From a virus, in IMG/VR virus record IMGVR_UViG_3300017971_000007: a stretch of DNA of 64,000 bases. One strand, written 5' to 3'. A program made the position numbers and the translations under genes. Numbering within the stretch: the first letter of the stretch is position 1; every line of letters starts with the position of its first letter. A model generated the notes under the pieces. It was not told the origin of the DNA. It did not search any database and worked only from the letters and a program-made list of their open reading frames with translations. Positions 29,106 through 37,295 of the stretch are shown piece after piece.

Positions 29106-29500
29106 GTATCCTCCGAGATAATTATTGTCAGTGAGCAATGAGGGCAAAAAATTCTGTTCCGTTGTCTGCTGTCTTGCCATAGATGGTATTCTCTTCCTTG
29201 TTCGGAGCATCTCGGGCATGGTAGACCGAGATCGCATATTCTCCATGCTAATTTTTCGGAGTTTTCGGAGAGAATTGTTTCAGATTCGATGCATTGCTTG
29301 CATCTCTGTACCCATCCGTTTACTTCTTCCAGGACGGTATGAGATTGCTGTTCATTGCTAGTTGGATATTTTGAGGGAAACAGTGTACATACACTGATAC
29401 TACCGGATTTTATCGTGCCTAAATACTTGCAATGCGGTCCTTGCTTCTGAAGGCACGACTTTTCCCCGCATTCTATTTCTAATGATAGATTTTTCACCAT
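29102..29500 (-). CDS. Cys-rich/Zn-ribbon protein
   Basis: Multiple CxxC motifs; start MVKN at 29500. Confidence 0.6.
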   Translation of the reverse strand: MVKNLSLEIECGEKSCLQKQGPHCKYLGTIKSGSISVCTLFPSKYPTSNEQQSHTVLEEVNGWVQRCKQCIESETILSENSEKLAWRICDLGLPCPRCSEQGREYHLWQDSRQRNRIFCPHCSLTIIISEDT

Positions 29501-29727
29501 TTTTCTCTTTCTGGTAGTTTCTCGTATATCTTGTCGCAAATCTTTTCGTAGAACAGCGCCGTCTCTATGTTTCCCTTCTCTCTGTTATCAACAGCAATGG
29601 CCTTGTTAAAGGCGTATCTTCTGATGAGCATTTTCTCGTGATTATCCTTTTCTCCTTTTTTGGGAATCTTAGACGACCAGAATTCGATTAGTTCGTCGAA
29701 GCTCATGCAGTCTAAATTAACCATCAT
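29494..29727 (-). CDS. hypothetical protein
   Basis: 77 aa, GAGG RBS. Confidence 0.65.
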   Translation of the reverse strand: MMVNLDCMSFDELIEFWSSKIPKKGEKDNHEKMLIRRYAFNKAIAVDNREKGNIETALFYEKICDKIYEKLPEREKW

Positions 29728-29744
29728 CTTCCTCGTAGTAGAAA

Positions 29745-29772
29745 ATCAGGCCCTGGTATACCAGGGCCTGAT
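29745..29772. repeat. perfect 28-nt palindrome
   Basis: ATCAGGCCCTGGTATACCAGGGCCTGAT, intergenic. Confidence 0.9.
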
Positions 29773-29789
29773 AACTGTATCAATTAGTC

Positions 29790-30911
29790 TTATTGCTTAT
29801 TCTTGGAATCTGAGAGGGAGGTCAAGATATGTGAAGTATTCGGATTTAGCACGTACTCTCTCAGCAGAACAAAATTGTAGAATTCCAAAGTTACTCTCGC
29901 TACGTTGACGACGATTTCTCCGTCAGGGATTCCGCTGCTATAACAGGTTCTGCATCCTTTTACGTAGGAGATGACCTCCACCGCAGCATCTCCGTGATTA
30001 AACAGTTTCCGTATTCGTTTAAGAGTTCCGAACTCCTCACTCGTTATTCCACGTCTAGTACCTTCAAACTCGCATATTTCCACGTCACCGTATCCTCCAC
30101 CACCACATCCACAACTAACAGGTCTTATAAACTGTTTTCCGCGAAATACAGTGAAGTCGTGACCAAAGAACTCAAATACTCTCTCTGTGACTTTCGCGAG
30201 TAATTCCTTTTCCGGGAGTAGGTTCTCCTTGTACCTTTCCATGAGCTCTGGAAGATTATCAGACATCCATTTTCTGAATCCGGCCTCAATTTCTTCCTGT
30301 TCTTGTTTTTCTTTAGCCCTTTGCTCGTCATACTGCAGATTCAATTTCTTTTTCAGTTCCGCTGACTCTTCTAGAGCCTTCTTTTCCAGCGGAGCGTTGT
30401 GGGTGTTAACGATGTTCTTGGCATCCATAATCATTCTCTGAACCCGTGGGTCATCGTGCAGAGGAAATGGGATGGAGTTTTGTGCCACTCTCAGGCCGTT
30501 GTATGACACTAATATTCCGCCAAAATGCGGGTCTGCCGTAACGGATATCGAAGATTCATGAATGATATTTTTAGTACCTTTATTTAAGTACTTTAGAATC
30601 ATCTTCTCTCTCTCATCCTCCTTTATCCGTACTTCCTCTACTCTCTCCTCCAGCCATTTCTTGAGCCCACTTAAATCGTCGAAACAACCTACTAGAACTG
30701 GAACATGCTTCGTTTTTGTTTTGTGCCCGTTTTTGGAATCTTGACTCACGACGTCTACGGCTTTGACATACGATGCCAGGCAATCGGCCTCATCTTCGGA
30801 CAATGAGTTCAGCCATTCCTTGGTCATGTGGATATCTACCAGCCCGTTTGCCGGTACTATTATTCTCTGTTTTATGGCTTCTTTCGTGTCCACTTTCACT
30901 CTTGCGAACAT
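29790..30911 (-). CDS. hypothetical protein
   Basis: 373-aa ORF, GAGG RBS. Confidence 0.8.
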   Translation of the reverse strand: MFARVKVDTKEAIKQRIIVPANGLVDIHMTKEWLNSLSEDEADCLASYVKAVDVVSQDSKNGHKTKTKHVPVLVGCFDDLSGLKKWLEERVEEVRIKEDEREKMILKYLNKGTKNIIHESSISVTADPHFGGILVSYNGLRVAQNSIPFPLHDDPRVQRMIMDAKNIVNTHNAPLEKKALEESAELKKKLNLQYDEQRAKEKQEQEEIEAGFRKWMSDNLPELMERYKENLLPEKELLAKVTERVFEFFGHDFTVFRGKQFIRPVSCGCGGGGYGDVEICEFEGTRRGITSEEFGTLKRIRKLFNHGDAAVEVISYVKGCRTCYSSGIPDGEIVVNVARVTLEFYNFVLLREYVLNPNTSHILTSLSDSKNKQ

Positions 30912-30987
30912 TTCTCTTCCTCTCTTGTTTGGGTTTACAAGCTATATAAAAATTCTAGTCTATGGAGTTATTGACTATGATTATTTG

Positions 30988-31015
30988 TCTTATACCGACA
31001 GGAATCGGATTTTTT
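30988..31015 (-). promoter_or_regulatory. putative early promoter
   Basis: AAAAAAT-N13-GTATAAGA on - strand. Confidence 0.6.
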
Positions 31016-31045
31016 GATTATGATTCGTCTTTTTTTCTCCATATC

Positions 31046-31762
31046 TCATCTTTTTTCGGCGTTCTCTCTCCTTCGAAGTCCCTTTAGGATATTCACTACA
31101 ATGACCGGGATAGTGAACTTCGGGGGGGTCTCATTTGTCATTACCAGAAGATTCTTTTTGGTAAGGTTGTTTAGTATTACCTTAGCCCACGAACATGATC
31201 TCTCGGTCAGTGACCTCTCATGTTCCGTGAGCTTGGAACTTGGGCACATCTTCAAGTACAGCGCATCCCCGACTTCTTCCTTAGTTACAGATAACTCAGA
31301 CTCTGCCACATATCTCAATACAGCGGCTTGTCTGGGATTTAGTTTGTCTATCTTATTCTGGAATTGTATTCGTTCTCTTTCGACAACTTCATTTAAAGGC
31401 ATTCTCTCTTCCTTAGGTATAAAATCAAGCACTACCGCATCCTTCTCTTGTATTACCTTCTCGCTGGGGAATATCAGCTGAACGTTTTTCCCTTTCTCAT
31501 CCACTATCCTTTCTCGATTGAGGATATATTTCGAGGCCATGGATTTCATGATCAATAGCTTGTGAATTAGCTCTCTCCTAACAAATACAAGTGCGTCGTC
31601 TATGTCCTCAAAAAATTCTTCCGGTTCCAGTTTTATCGTATTTGGTACTCCCGGTATCTCTAACTCATTTACTAGCAGCACACTCCCGTCATTAAATCGC
31701 CGCTCAACATACGCAGCGATAATTCCAGTTTTCTCCCACCAGGCTGTGATAAATACGGTCAT
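31046..31762 (-). CDS. beta-barrel family domain fused to winged-helix domain
   Basis: N-terminal VFITAWW..GII; C-terminal LNPRQAAVLRYV..ILNNLTKKNLL. Confidence 0.65.
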   Translation of the reverse strand: MTVFITAWWEKTGIIAAYVERRFNDGSVLLVNELEIPGVPNTIKLEPEEFFEDIDDALVFVRRELIHKLLIMKSMASKYILNRERIVDEKGKNVQLIFPSEKVIQEKDAVVLDFIPKEERMPLNEVVERERIQFQNKIDKLNPRQAAVLRYVAESELSVTKEEVGDALYLKMCPSSKLTEHERSLTERSCSWAKVILNNLTKKNLLVMTNETPPKFTIPVIVVNILKGLRRRENAEKR

Positions 31763-32037
31763 CCCTTTGTTCCCATGAATAAGAATTTCGGTTTCATATC
31801 TTGAAGAGTCTCTATCTCTTTTCTTAGCTTCTCTATGGATTTTCTCTTAGCAGCGTCCAGAAACTGGTTCAGCTCGTTCTCAGATTCGCAATAATTTTTT
31901 CTTGTCACTCTCTTACACGGACCTAGTTTGTCGTAATTGATTATGTTCGCGACAGAATCCTCTATATAGGCATCGGCGACGATGATTCCTCTGGATTTCC
32001 ACCACGTCGTTATATAGATTCTCTTGACTTCTGGCAC
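31759..32037 (-). CDS. beta-barrel/coiled-coil family protein
   Basis: IYITTWWKSRGII...KSIEKLRKEIETL. Confidence 0.7.
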   Translation of the reverse strand: MPEVKRIYITTWWKSRGIIVADAYIEDSVANIINYDKLGPCKRVTRKNYCESENELNQFLDAAKRKSIEKLRKEIETLQDMKPKFLFMGTKG

Positions 32038-32175
32038 TATTCTCCTCCAAATAAAAAACGGTGTCTCCTGGTGACACCGCTACCAATCAGATATTTTGTC
32101 TAGTACCTTGGACTGCCTCCTTGTTCATCTATTCCTGCCTGCAGCGAGCTCACCAGGATAACTCGCCAATTAACT

Positions 32176-32397
32176 CTATTTTTGTTTCTTAGTTTGAAGT
32201 TTTTTTAGTCTTCTTGAAGCATTTGACCTGTTTGCGTAGGTTCTTACTTTGGTGTTGGTGGATAGTTCTTCTATGGTATGCCCGACAGCGAAGCAGTTTC
32301 CTATGGGGTCGTCAGCTATCCATTTGTTTAGCTTATTGTCTTTATGGGCTAAAAGAAATCTCCCAGCAAATTTCCCGTTCTCTATTTTCTGGACCAT
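32176..32397 (-). CDS. hypothetical protein
   Basis: AGGAGG RBS; 73 aa. Confidence 0.65.
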   Translation of the reverse strand: MVQKIENGKFAGRFLLAHKDNKLNKWIADDPIGNCFAVGHTIEELSTNTKVRTYANRSNASRRLKKLQTKKQK

Positions 32398-32520
32398 TCT
32401 GTCCTCCTGGTTCGGTCATAGGCAGTATACAGAGAATGGTGGCTCTAGTGACAGATGTTTCTGTATCTGGTCGAGTCCTCAGATATTTTCTCACATTAAA
32501 TCTGAGGACTCGACCACGTT

Positions 32521-33087
32521 CTAAATAGGTGACCTCATCTCCAACTTCCTAGTTCTGTGCCTGTTCATCTTTACAGTATGTATTATCGCTGTCGGATTCT
32601 CTTCCTTGTTCTCAAACAAGACCAACGGTCTGTAATTTTTAGTTTTGACCGAGCTGAACACATACGTATCAGTTTCTCCTTCAAATACAGACCTGTATAT
32701 CTGAAGGTATTCGCTTTTTACTCCATTTCTTATGTGGGAGTGGCTGGACGAGAAGACTCTCAGGCCGTACTCACTCACGGCCGCATATTCCTCTTTTCTT
32801 GGTATCGATTCCCAGGCAAGGTCCATGGTTCCACACCCCAAAAGTATGCCCGTCCATCCTCTTTTATATATGTGCCAGATTATGTCACTGTACGCTCTGG
32901 AGTTAGAGGCCATAAAGTCGGCAGCAGCCTCCAATTCATTGAGTTCCGGGCATAGTTGGATGTGTTGCTTCTTAACACAGAACCCAAACACCCAATTGAA
33001 TATAAATAGGCTATCTCCCTGTTCTATTGCGAAGAAAGGGAATTCCGTGAAGCTAAGTAAAGTTTCCATCGTGTCTCTAGTTAGCAT
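32521..33087 (-). CDS. hypothetical protein
   Basis: AGGAGG RBS; 188 aa. Confidence 0.7.
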   Translation of the reverse strand: MLTRDTMETLLSFTEFPFFAIEQGDSLFIFNWVFGFCVKKQHIQLCPELNELEAAADFMASNSRAYSDIIWHIYKRGWTGILLGCGTMDLAWESIPRKEEYAAVSEYGLRVFSSSHSHIRNGVKSEYLQIYRSVFEGETDTYVFSSVKTKNYRPLVLFENKEENPTAIIHTVKMNRHRTRKLEMRSPI

Positions 33088-33112
33088 TGCTTCCTCCTAC
33101 TGATTTCTCTAC

Positions 33113-33142
33113 TCTTATACCGACAAAGAATTTGTTATTTTG
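33113..33142 (-). promoter_or_regulatory. putative early promoter
   Basis: AAAATA...TCGGTATAAGA on - strand, 26 nt before ATG 33087. Confidence 0.6.
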
Positions 33143-33150
33143 GAGGAACG

Positions 33151-33357
33151 ATGAAGATAGACATAGATTTGGACATCACGGCCGAGGAATTCAAGGAATT
33201 GGCTAAAAAGGATAAGGTAGCGGCTGGAAGGAAATTGAGAAATGAGGTCATGAGATTCAGTGATTATCTGGTCTCAAACGGAGTTTCGCCTCTGGCTGAA
33301 TGGGAAATGGTACTAATCATCGAATTTTTGGGAAAAAAGATAGTCGAGGGATCTTGA
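33151..33357 (+). CDS. hypothetical protein
   Basis: GGAGG RBS; 68 aa. Confidence 0.65.
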   Translation: MKIDIDLDITAEEFKELAKKDKVAAGRKLRNEVMRFSDYLVSNGVSPLAEWEMVLIIEFLGKKIVEGS

Positions 33358-33459
33358 CTTTTGCGATCTTGGCGTCACTATATGGGTGTAATGAAGATTC
33401 TCCTACGTAGATTCCCCGCCTGAAGGATTGGCGGGTCTTCTGTAGGAAGGAGGTTCGCC

Positions 33460-33645
33460 ATGATCAGATGTGAAAAATGTGGTGGTTTTGCGACTCCGGG
33501 ATTGGCAGGCTTGCATGGCAATCCTTTAGTACCTCTGTGTCTACAATGCACGAAAGAGGTGCTAGAAAAAATGGAGAATGCGGAGAAATCCCCCAAACCT
33601 GAAGTAGTCGATGAATGGGCCAGAGTACTGGCTCTTGTTGCATAG
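33460..33645 (+). CDS. small Zn-finger protein
   Basis: CEKC...CLQC; AGGAGG RBS. Confidence 0.65.
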   Translation: MIRCEKCGGFATPGLAGLHGNPLVPLCLQCTKEVLEKMENAEKSPKPEVVDEWARVLALVA

Positions 33646-33765
33646 CTAAAAAATACTCCTGTATTTATCTTAATTACGACTACCAATTAGATAACCAAAA
33701 ACATCCCATACACAAACCACTGTTTCATTATCACAACACTCCTTTTGTGCACTTTCACGGGAATT

Positions 33766-34331
33766 AAAAACACGCGCATACTCGAAACCAGTATACGAGC
33801 GTTCCGACCCCGGTTTGTCCTCTCACACTGTCATCTTCGCTTCTTAGCACGGACGGACGTGCTTAGTTGCTCAGACGACGGTGCCCGTCGAGAGGAGCGG
33901 GGCCTATAGCCCTCGCATCGGTATCCAGGAACAGAGAGAAAGCCAGAAAGGCTTTCTTGTAGCTTTAAGACACTGCGCATCTGAGCTCGCTACGTACTCG
34001 GATGAGGAGGGACTCTCCCAGAGCGTTCGAGGTTCGTCCTCTTGCTCTCGCGCCGTGCTATCCCCGGAAATACCTCTCGGCATTTCTTGTATAGCTCTAG
34101 CCTCGGCCAGGCTGCTGGATTCCTGTCCAGCTCAGTCCTACCCTGCTTGACGTCACATGTGAAAGCCTTCATGTGACGCGGCGCTTGGACAGCACCCACT
34201 CCGTGACTGCGTAATCTTCACAATTACGCGGCCTCCCGTTTCACGGGGACGGCGGTACTACTGCCTGCTTGATGAGCCCGTTTAGCAGAACGGCGGTGGC
34301 TTAGGGCTCTCCCACAGGGTCCGGCTCCGGA
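33766..34331 (-). ncRNA. putative large structured RNA, 3' part (~560 nt), ending in a terminator-like hairpin and U-tract
   Basis: GC-rich, no credible ORF; roughly 15-18 consecutive stems, e.g. 34151-34159/34170-34178 (9 bp), 33937-33944/33950-33957 (8 bp), GAAAUGCC-GAGA-GGUAUUUC. Confidence 0.65.
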
Positions 34332-35180
34332 TTAAACCAGGGCGGCCTTGACCATCTCCAAGGCTTCGCCTGCATCCACGCCCTCGGCCAACTTCGCGAT
34401 GAAGCCGCCTTTGTGGGCGAAGATAACCCGGGAATCGTCACTCAATCGGCTGAAGTCCACCCGTGGGTGGTCATCATACCGATAGAGCGCCCAACTCTCA
34501 CCAGCTCGATCACTTTTGGTAATCGAGAAGGCGACGTCTGGGCATTCTCGGGCGCGGTATTGAGCCATCGCCTTCGAAAGTTCGAAGGTTATAGTCTCTT
34601 CCGCTATGAAGCCCTGAAGGTCGTCAACTTCAACCACCTTGGCCAGCTCCCGGATAGACGAATGCACTTTACTGTAATCGTCTATCCTGGCGAGGAGATC
34701 CATTCCGAAGTCGACTAGGAATTCCGTAACGGAATCCCCCATCTCGTCTCCGAATTCCTCTCGCGCACCGAACCATCCGATTAGGACGGTTTCGATTGGG
34801 GAGAAGATCTCCTCAGGGAGCTTTTCCATCCCCAGAGCCTTGGCCGTTACAAACGGTCCCTTGGAGTCCAAGAGAACGGTTGTTCGGTACCAGCTCTGAA
34901 GCTGGAAATGCTCCTCTAATCCAAGATGCCGAACGAATAGCGACAATGCGCATTCTGGATCGGCATCCCGAGGGAGCTGGTGGTGGTCGAAGTTTAGCCG
35001 CTCCGGTTCATGACGCCCGCCGCAGTCGAGCACAAGGACTTCAGCGTCCTCAAGCTCTTCTTGCGTGGGGTCACGCCGGAAGACCGGCACGCACCCGTAC
35101 AGGGCAAGCGCGATTGCGACGGATAGAAAGTCGTCGCGGTGCGCTGCACCGGGGTGCGTGATGATCTTTTTGATCATCAT
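34332..35180 (-). CDS. MYG1-family (UPF0160, DHH-superfamily) hydrolase/exonuclease
   Basis: ITH.G.AH.DD, RRDP, LD.GG.H.P...NFDHHQ and C-terminal FAHK.GFIA motifs. Confidence 0.85.
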   Translation of the reverse strand: MMIKKIITHPGAAHRDDFLSVAIALALYGCVPVFRRDPTQEELEDAEVLVLDCGGRHEPERLNFDHHQLPRDADPECALSLFVRHLGLEEHFQLQSWYRTTVLLDSKGPFVTAKALGMEKLPEEIFSPIETVLIGWFGAREEFGDEMGDSVTEFLVDFGMDLLARIDDYSKVHSSIRELAKVVEVDDLQGFIAEETITFELSKAMAQYRARECPDVAFSITKSDRAGESWALYRYDDHPRVDFSRLSDDSRVIFAHKGGFIAKLAEGVDAGEALEMVKAALV

Positions 35181-35182
35181 TT

Positions 35183-35638
35183 CGACCTAGCACCGAGACG
35201 TTGGTGCTGCGCTCGTCTATTTACCTCGACGAGTGAGGCAGTCCCAAAACCGGGGGAGAACTCCGGTATACTGAGTTGACCAGACTCAGCAGTTTACACG
35301 CGTTTCATCCCGCTGGTATTGCCAGGAATCCCCGCGATCTCCTCTTTCCCCTTTTTTGCTGCCGGGGGACATCGGCTTCTGTTCCCACGCCCTAGCTCGC
35401 GTCGGGCGCGGCGGGACTGATTACCCGCAGTGCGGCCTCAGAGCCTACTCTTCGCAAGAGCAGCTCTCCCACCGTTCTTTACACGAACGGCAGTAGAGAA
35501 CTGCTTGGAAAGAGTTGACTCCGACTGGCTCGTTCCTGACATAGCAGGTCGAGTTCCAGTCGACCACCCCGATGCCCTCGGGGTGGTTCTCGGCCAAATC
35601 CTCTCTGAATTCAGAGGGGATTTCTTTCTGTTTCATTC
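35183..35638 (-). ncRNA. putative large structured RNA, 5' part (~450 nt)
   Basis: Begins right after promoter motif; nearly continuous stems, e.g. 35563-35572/35578-35587 (10 bp), 35522-35528/35556-35562; H-type pseudoknot at 35347-35376. Confidence 0.6.
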
Positions 35639-35643
35639 ATATA

Positions 35644-35672
35644 TCTTATACAGAAAACTGCGTATATTTTTG
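35644..35672 (-). promoter_or_regulatory. putative early promoter of the RNA-MYG1 unit
   Basis: AAAAATA-N13-GTATAAGA on - strand. Confidence 0.7.
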
Positions 35673-35676
35673 CGTA

Positions 35677-35701
35677 TAGCTAAAAAAGGGGTTTCCCCCT
35701 A
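35677..35701 (-). terminator. terminator
   Basis: AGGGG-GAAA-CCCCT then TTTTTAGCTA on - strand. Confidence 0.7.
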
Positions 35702-35703
35702 TT

Positions 35704-35928
35704 TTATTTATATGGTCCGAGCACGACCGAGTCGTGCTCATATTCCGGAGTTTTGAAACACTCCGGAATAATTCCAGACTGGGTATTTGAAAATACCCAG
35801 TCTGCCTCCTCTGCTAGATATATATAATCTAAGTCAACTAACTCTAAATATACTTCATCATAGTCGGCCAGTCCGACTATGACTTCATCCTCTCCCCCAG
35901 GAGCTGTGATGATGTCATACACCTTCAT
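35704..35928 (-). CDS. acidic hypothetical protein
   Basis: GGAGG RBS before ATG 35928; own promoter (GTATAAG at 35945-35951) and terminator. Confidence 0.7.
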   Translation of the reverse strand: MKVYDIITAPGGEDEVIVGLADYDEVYLELVDLDYIYLAEEADWVFSNTQSGIIPECFKTPEYEHDSVVLGPYK

Positions 35929-35975
35929 TTTTACCTCCATAAATCTTATACAGATATTCGCGTATGATTTATAGA

Positions 35976-36019
35976 AGCTAAAAATATGGAGGGGGAAGAT
36001 GCCGGAAACCCCCTCCATA
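35976..36019 (-). terminator. terminator
   Basis: TATGGAGGGG/CCCCTCCATA stem then TTTTTAGCT on - strand. Confidence 0.7.
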
Positions 36020-36023
36020 AATC

Positions 36024-36563
36024 TTATCCAAATATGTGGTCGACTATCTTTATGGCGAGTATACGCCTAAACTGTCTATCGTCTAACATTTTGTCGATTT
36101 CTCTATGCGTTAGGAGATCTGCTATTGTTATTTCATGGCCTGATATATCATACTCCGCCATAAAACTATCAACCCCGCCTTTACACAATTTTTCAACGGC
36201 CCAATTGTATTCTAGTGTTATATCTTTGTACGTTTCTAATATTTTAGTTAAGTTATCTTTTTTAGTGTATTGAGTAATTAATTTATTTTCGGATTTTTTT
36301 CTCAGCTTTTCAGAGAAGTAATCCGCCCACACTTTCCCATCATCAAACCAGTCTATTATTGAGATTCCTTCCTCGCAATGATACACGAATTCGTTTTCTT
36401 GGGCGCACACGGCGTCTGGTAAGACAGCGTCAATGTACTCCTCGGAAAACGCTTCTACGGTGTTCCCTCTGCGTCTCCAGTATAGATTGCAGTTGGGGTC
36501 TGCGGTCCACCCGTCGACAATTTCTCCCACAGCGTATCTCGGATCCTCATAGTCAGACCACAT
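36024..36563 (-). CDS. hypothetical protein
   Basis: 179-aa ORF. Confidence 0.7.
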   Translation of the reverse strand: MWSDYEDPRYAVGEIVDGWTADPNCNLYWRRRGNTVEAFSEEYIDAVLPDAVCAQENEFVYHCEEGISIIDWFDDGKVWADYFSEKLRKKSENKLITQYTKKDNLTKILETYKDITLEYNWAVEKLCKGGVDSFMAEYDISGHEITIADLLTHREIDKMLDDRQFRRILAIKIVDHIFG

Positions 36564-36564
36564 T

Positions 36565-37227
36565 CTATCTACCCATCCGTATCTGTTGAGGTGGAAATGT
36601 AGGTCCCCTTTTTGATATATTTTTTAGAGCGCTGCAGAAATACGACTCTCTGCAGCGCTCGTCCGCCGTTTCCGTTACAAGCCTCCCGTACCTCTTCTCC
36701 GTTTCCATCAGCAGGAAACGGCGGATATCTACGTGCGCCCACTTGTAATCAGCCATCAGCTTCACTTTTTTAGTGAACTCCTGCCCGTCCGATGAGAACC
36801 AAGACAGTTCCACTGTCTTATTTTTTATAAAATCTTCTCCGTTCAAATTTTCCCAATTTCTGAGATAGTGTATTATGCAGGAAATTGAGTTTGATAGAAT
36901 AACAGTATTGTCGTCTGCGATGACAAACGGACCTTCACTAGGTCCATGAGACTTAATCGGTACGTATATCCTGTATCCGTCTACTCGGATATGACGTTGT
37001 TCTGCGGCATCGGTTCTGTAATAACCCACTTCCAGGAGGTCATTCTCACTAGTGGGCGGGTTCAGGTAACCCGCTCCGCTAAGTCCGGTTATTGATGTAT
37101 AGTACTGCTCTCCTCCATATAGGTTATGCATAACCTCTCGATCATGCTCATAGTGCCATACACGGTTATCTTTGAGAGATACGAAGCAGCTGGATTCTCC
37201 GCCTTTGTAGTTTACATCGATTCTCAT
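36565..37227 (-). CDS. hypothetical protein
   Basis: 220 aa, AAGGAG RBS, promoter motif upstream. Confidence 0.75.
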   Translation of the reverse strand: MRIDVNYKGGESSCFVSLKDNRVWHYEHDREVMHNLYGGEQYYTSITGLSGAGYLNPPTSENDLLEVGYYRTDAAEQRHIRVDGYRIYVPIKSHGPSEGPFVIADDNTVILSNSISCIIHYLRNWENLNGEDFIKNKTVELSWFSSDGQEFTKKVKLMADYKWAHVDIRRFLLMETEKRYGRLVTETADERCRESYFCSALKNISKRGPTFPPQQIRMGR

Positions 37228-37259
37228 TTTTTCTCCTTGTTGTTTTTTGGTTACATAAT

Positions 37260-37287
37260 TCTTATACCGATAAATCAGTATTTTTTT
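37260..37287 (-). promoter_or_regulatory. putative early promoter
   Basis: AAAAATA-N11-GTATAAGA on - strand. Confidence 0.7.
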
Positions 37288-37295
37288 GGATGAGT

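Noticed and set aside
34005-34050. tRNA T-arm-like GAGG-TTCGT-CCTC
   Set aside because: 5-nt loop and no cloverleaf or acceptor stem; no tRNA gene was recognised anywhere in the window.
33881-34199. ORFs 33881..34150 (+) and 33990..34199 (-)
   Set aside because: No convincing RBS, atypical composition, GTG starts in GC-rich hairpin sequence; likely spurious.
34266-34300. Hammerhead-like TGATGAG plus stem on the + strand
   Set aside because: Lacks the exact CUGAUGA and the GAAA core after stem II; also antisense to the inferred transcript.
35445-35636. 63-aa - strand ORF after the promoter motif
   Set aside because: No SD, and almost the whole span forms strong stems, so it is treated as part of the structured RNA. 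Leaderless translation is not excluded.
33766-35638. Structured RNA as group I/II intron, RNase P RNA or tmRNA
   Set aside because: No interrupted host gene, P7 or domain V signature, GAGGAAAGUCC or tRNA-like ends. ACAGAAGCCG resembles RNase P CR-V only superficially.
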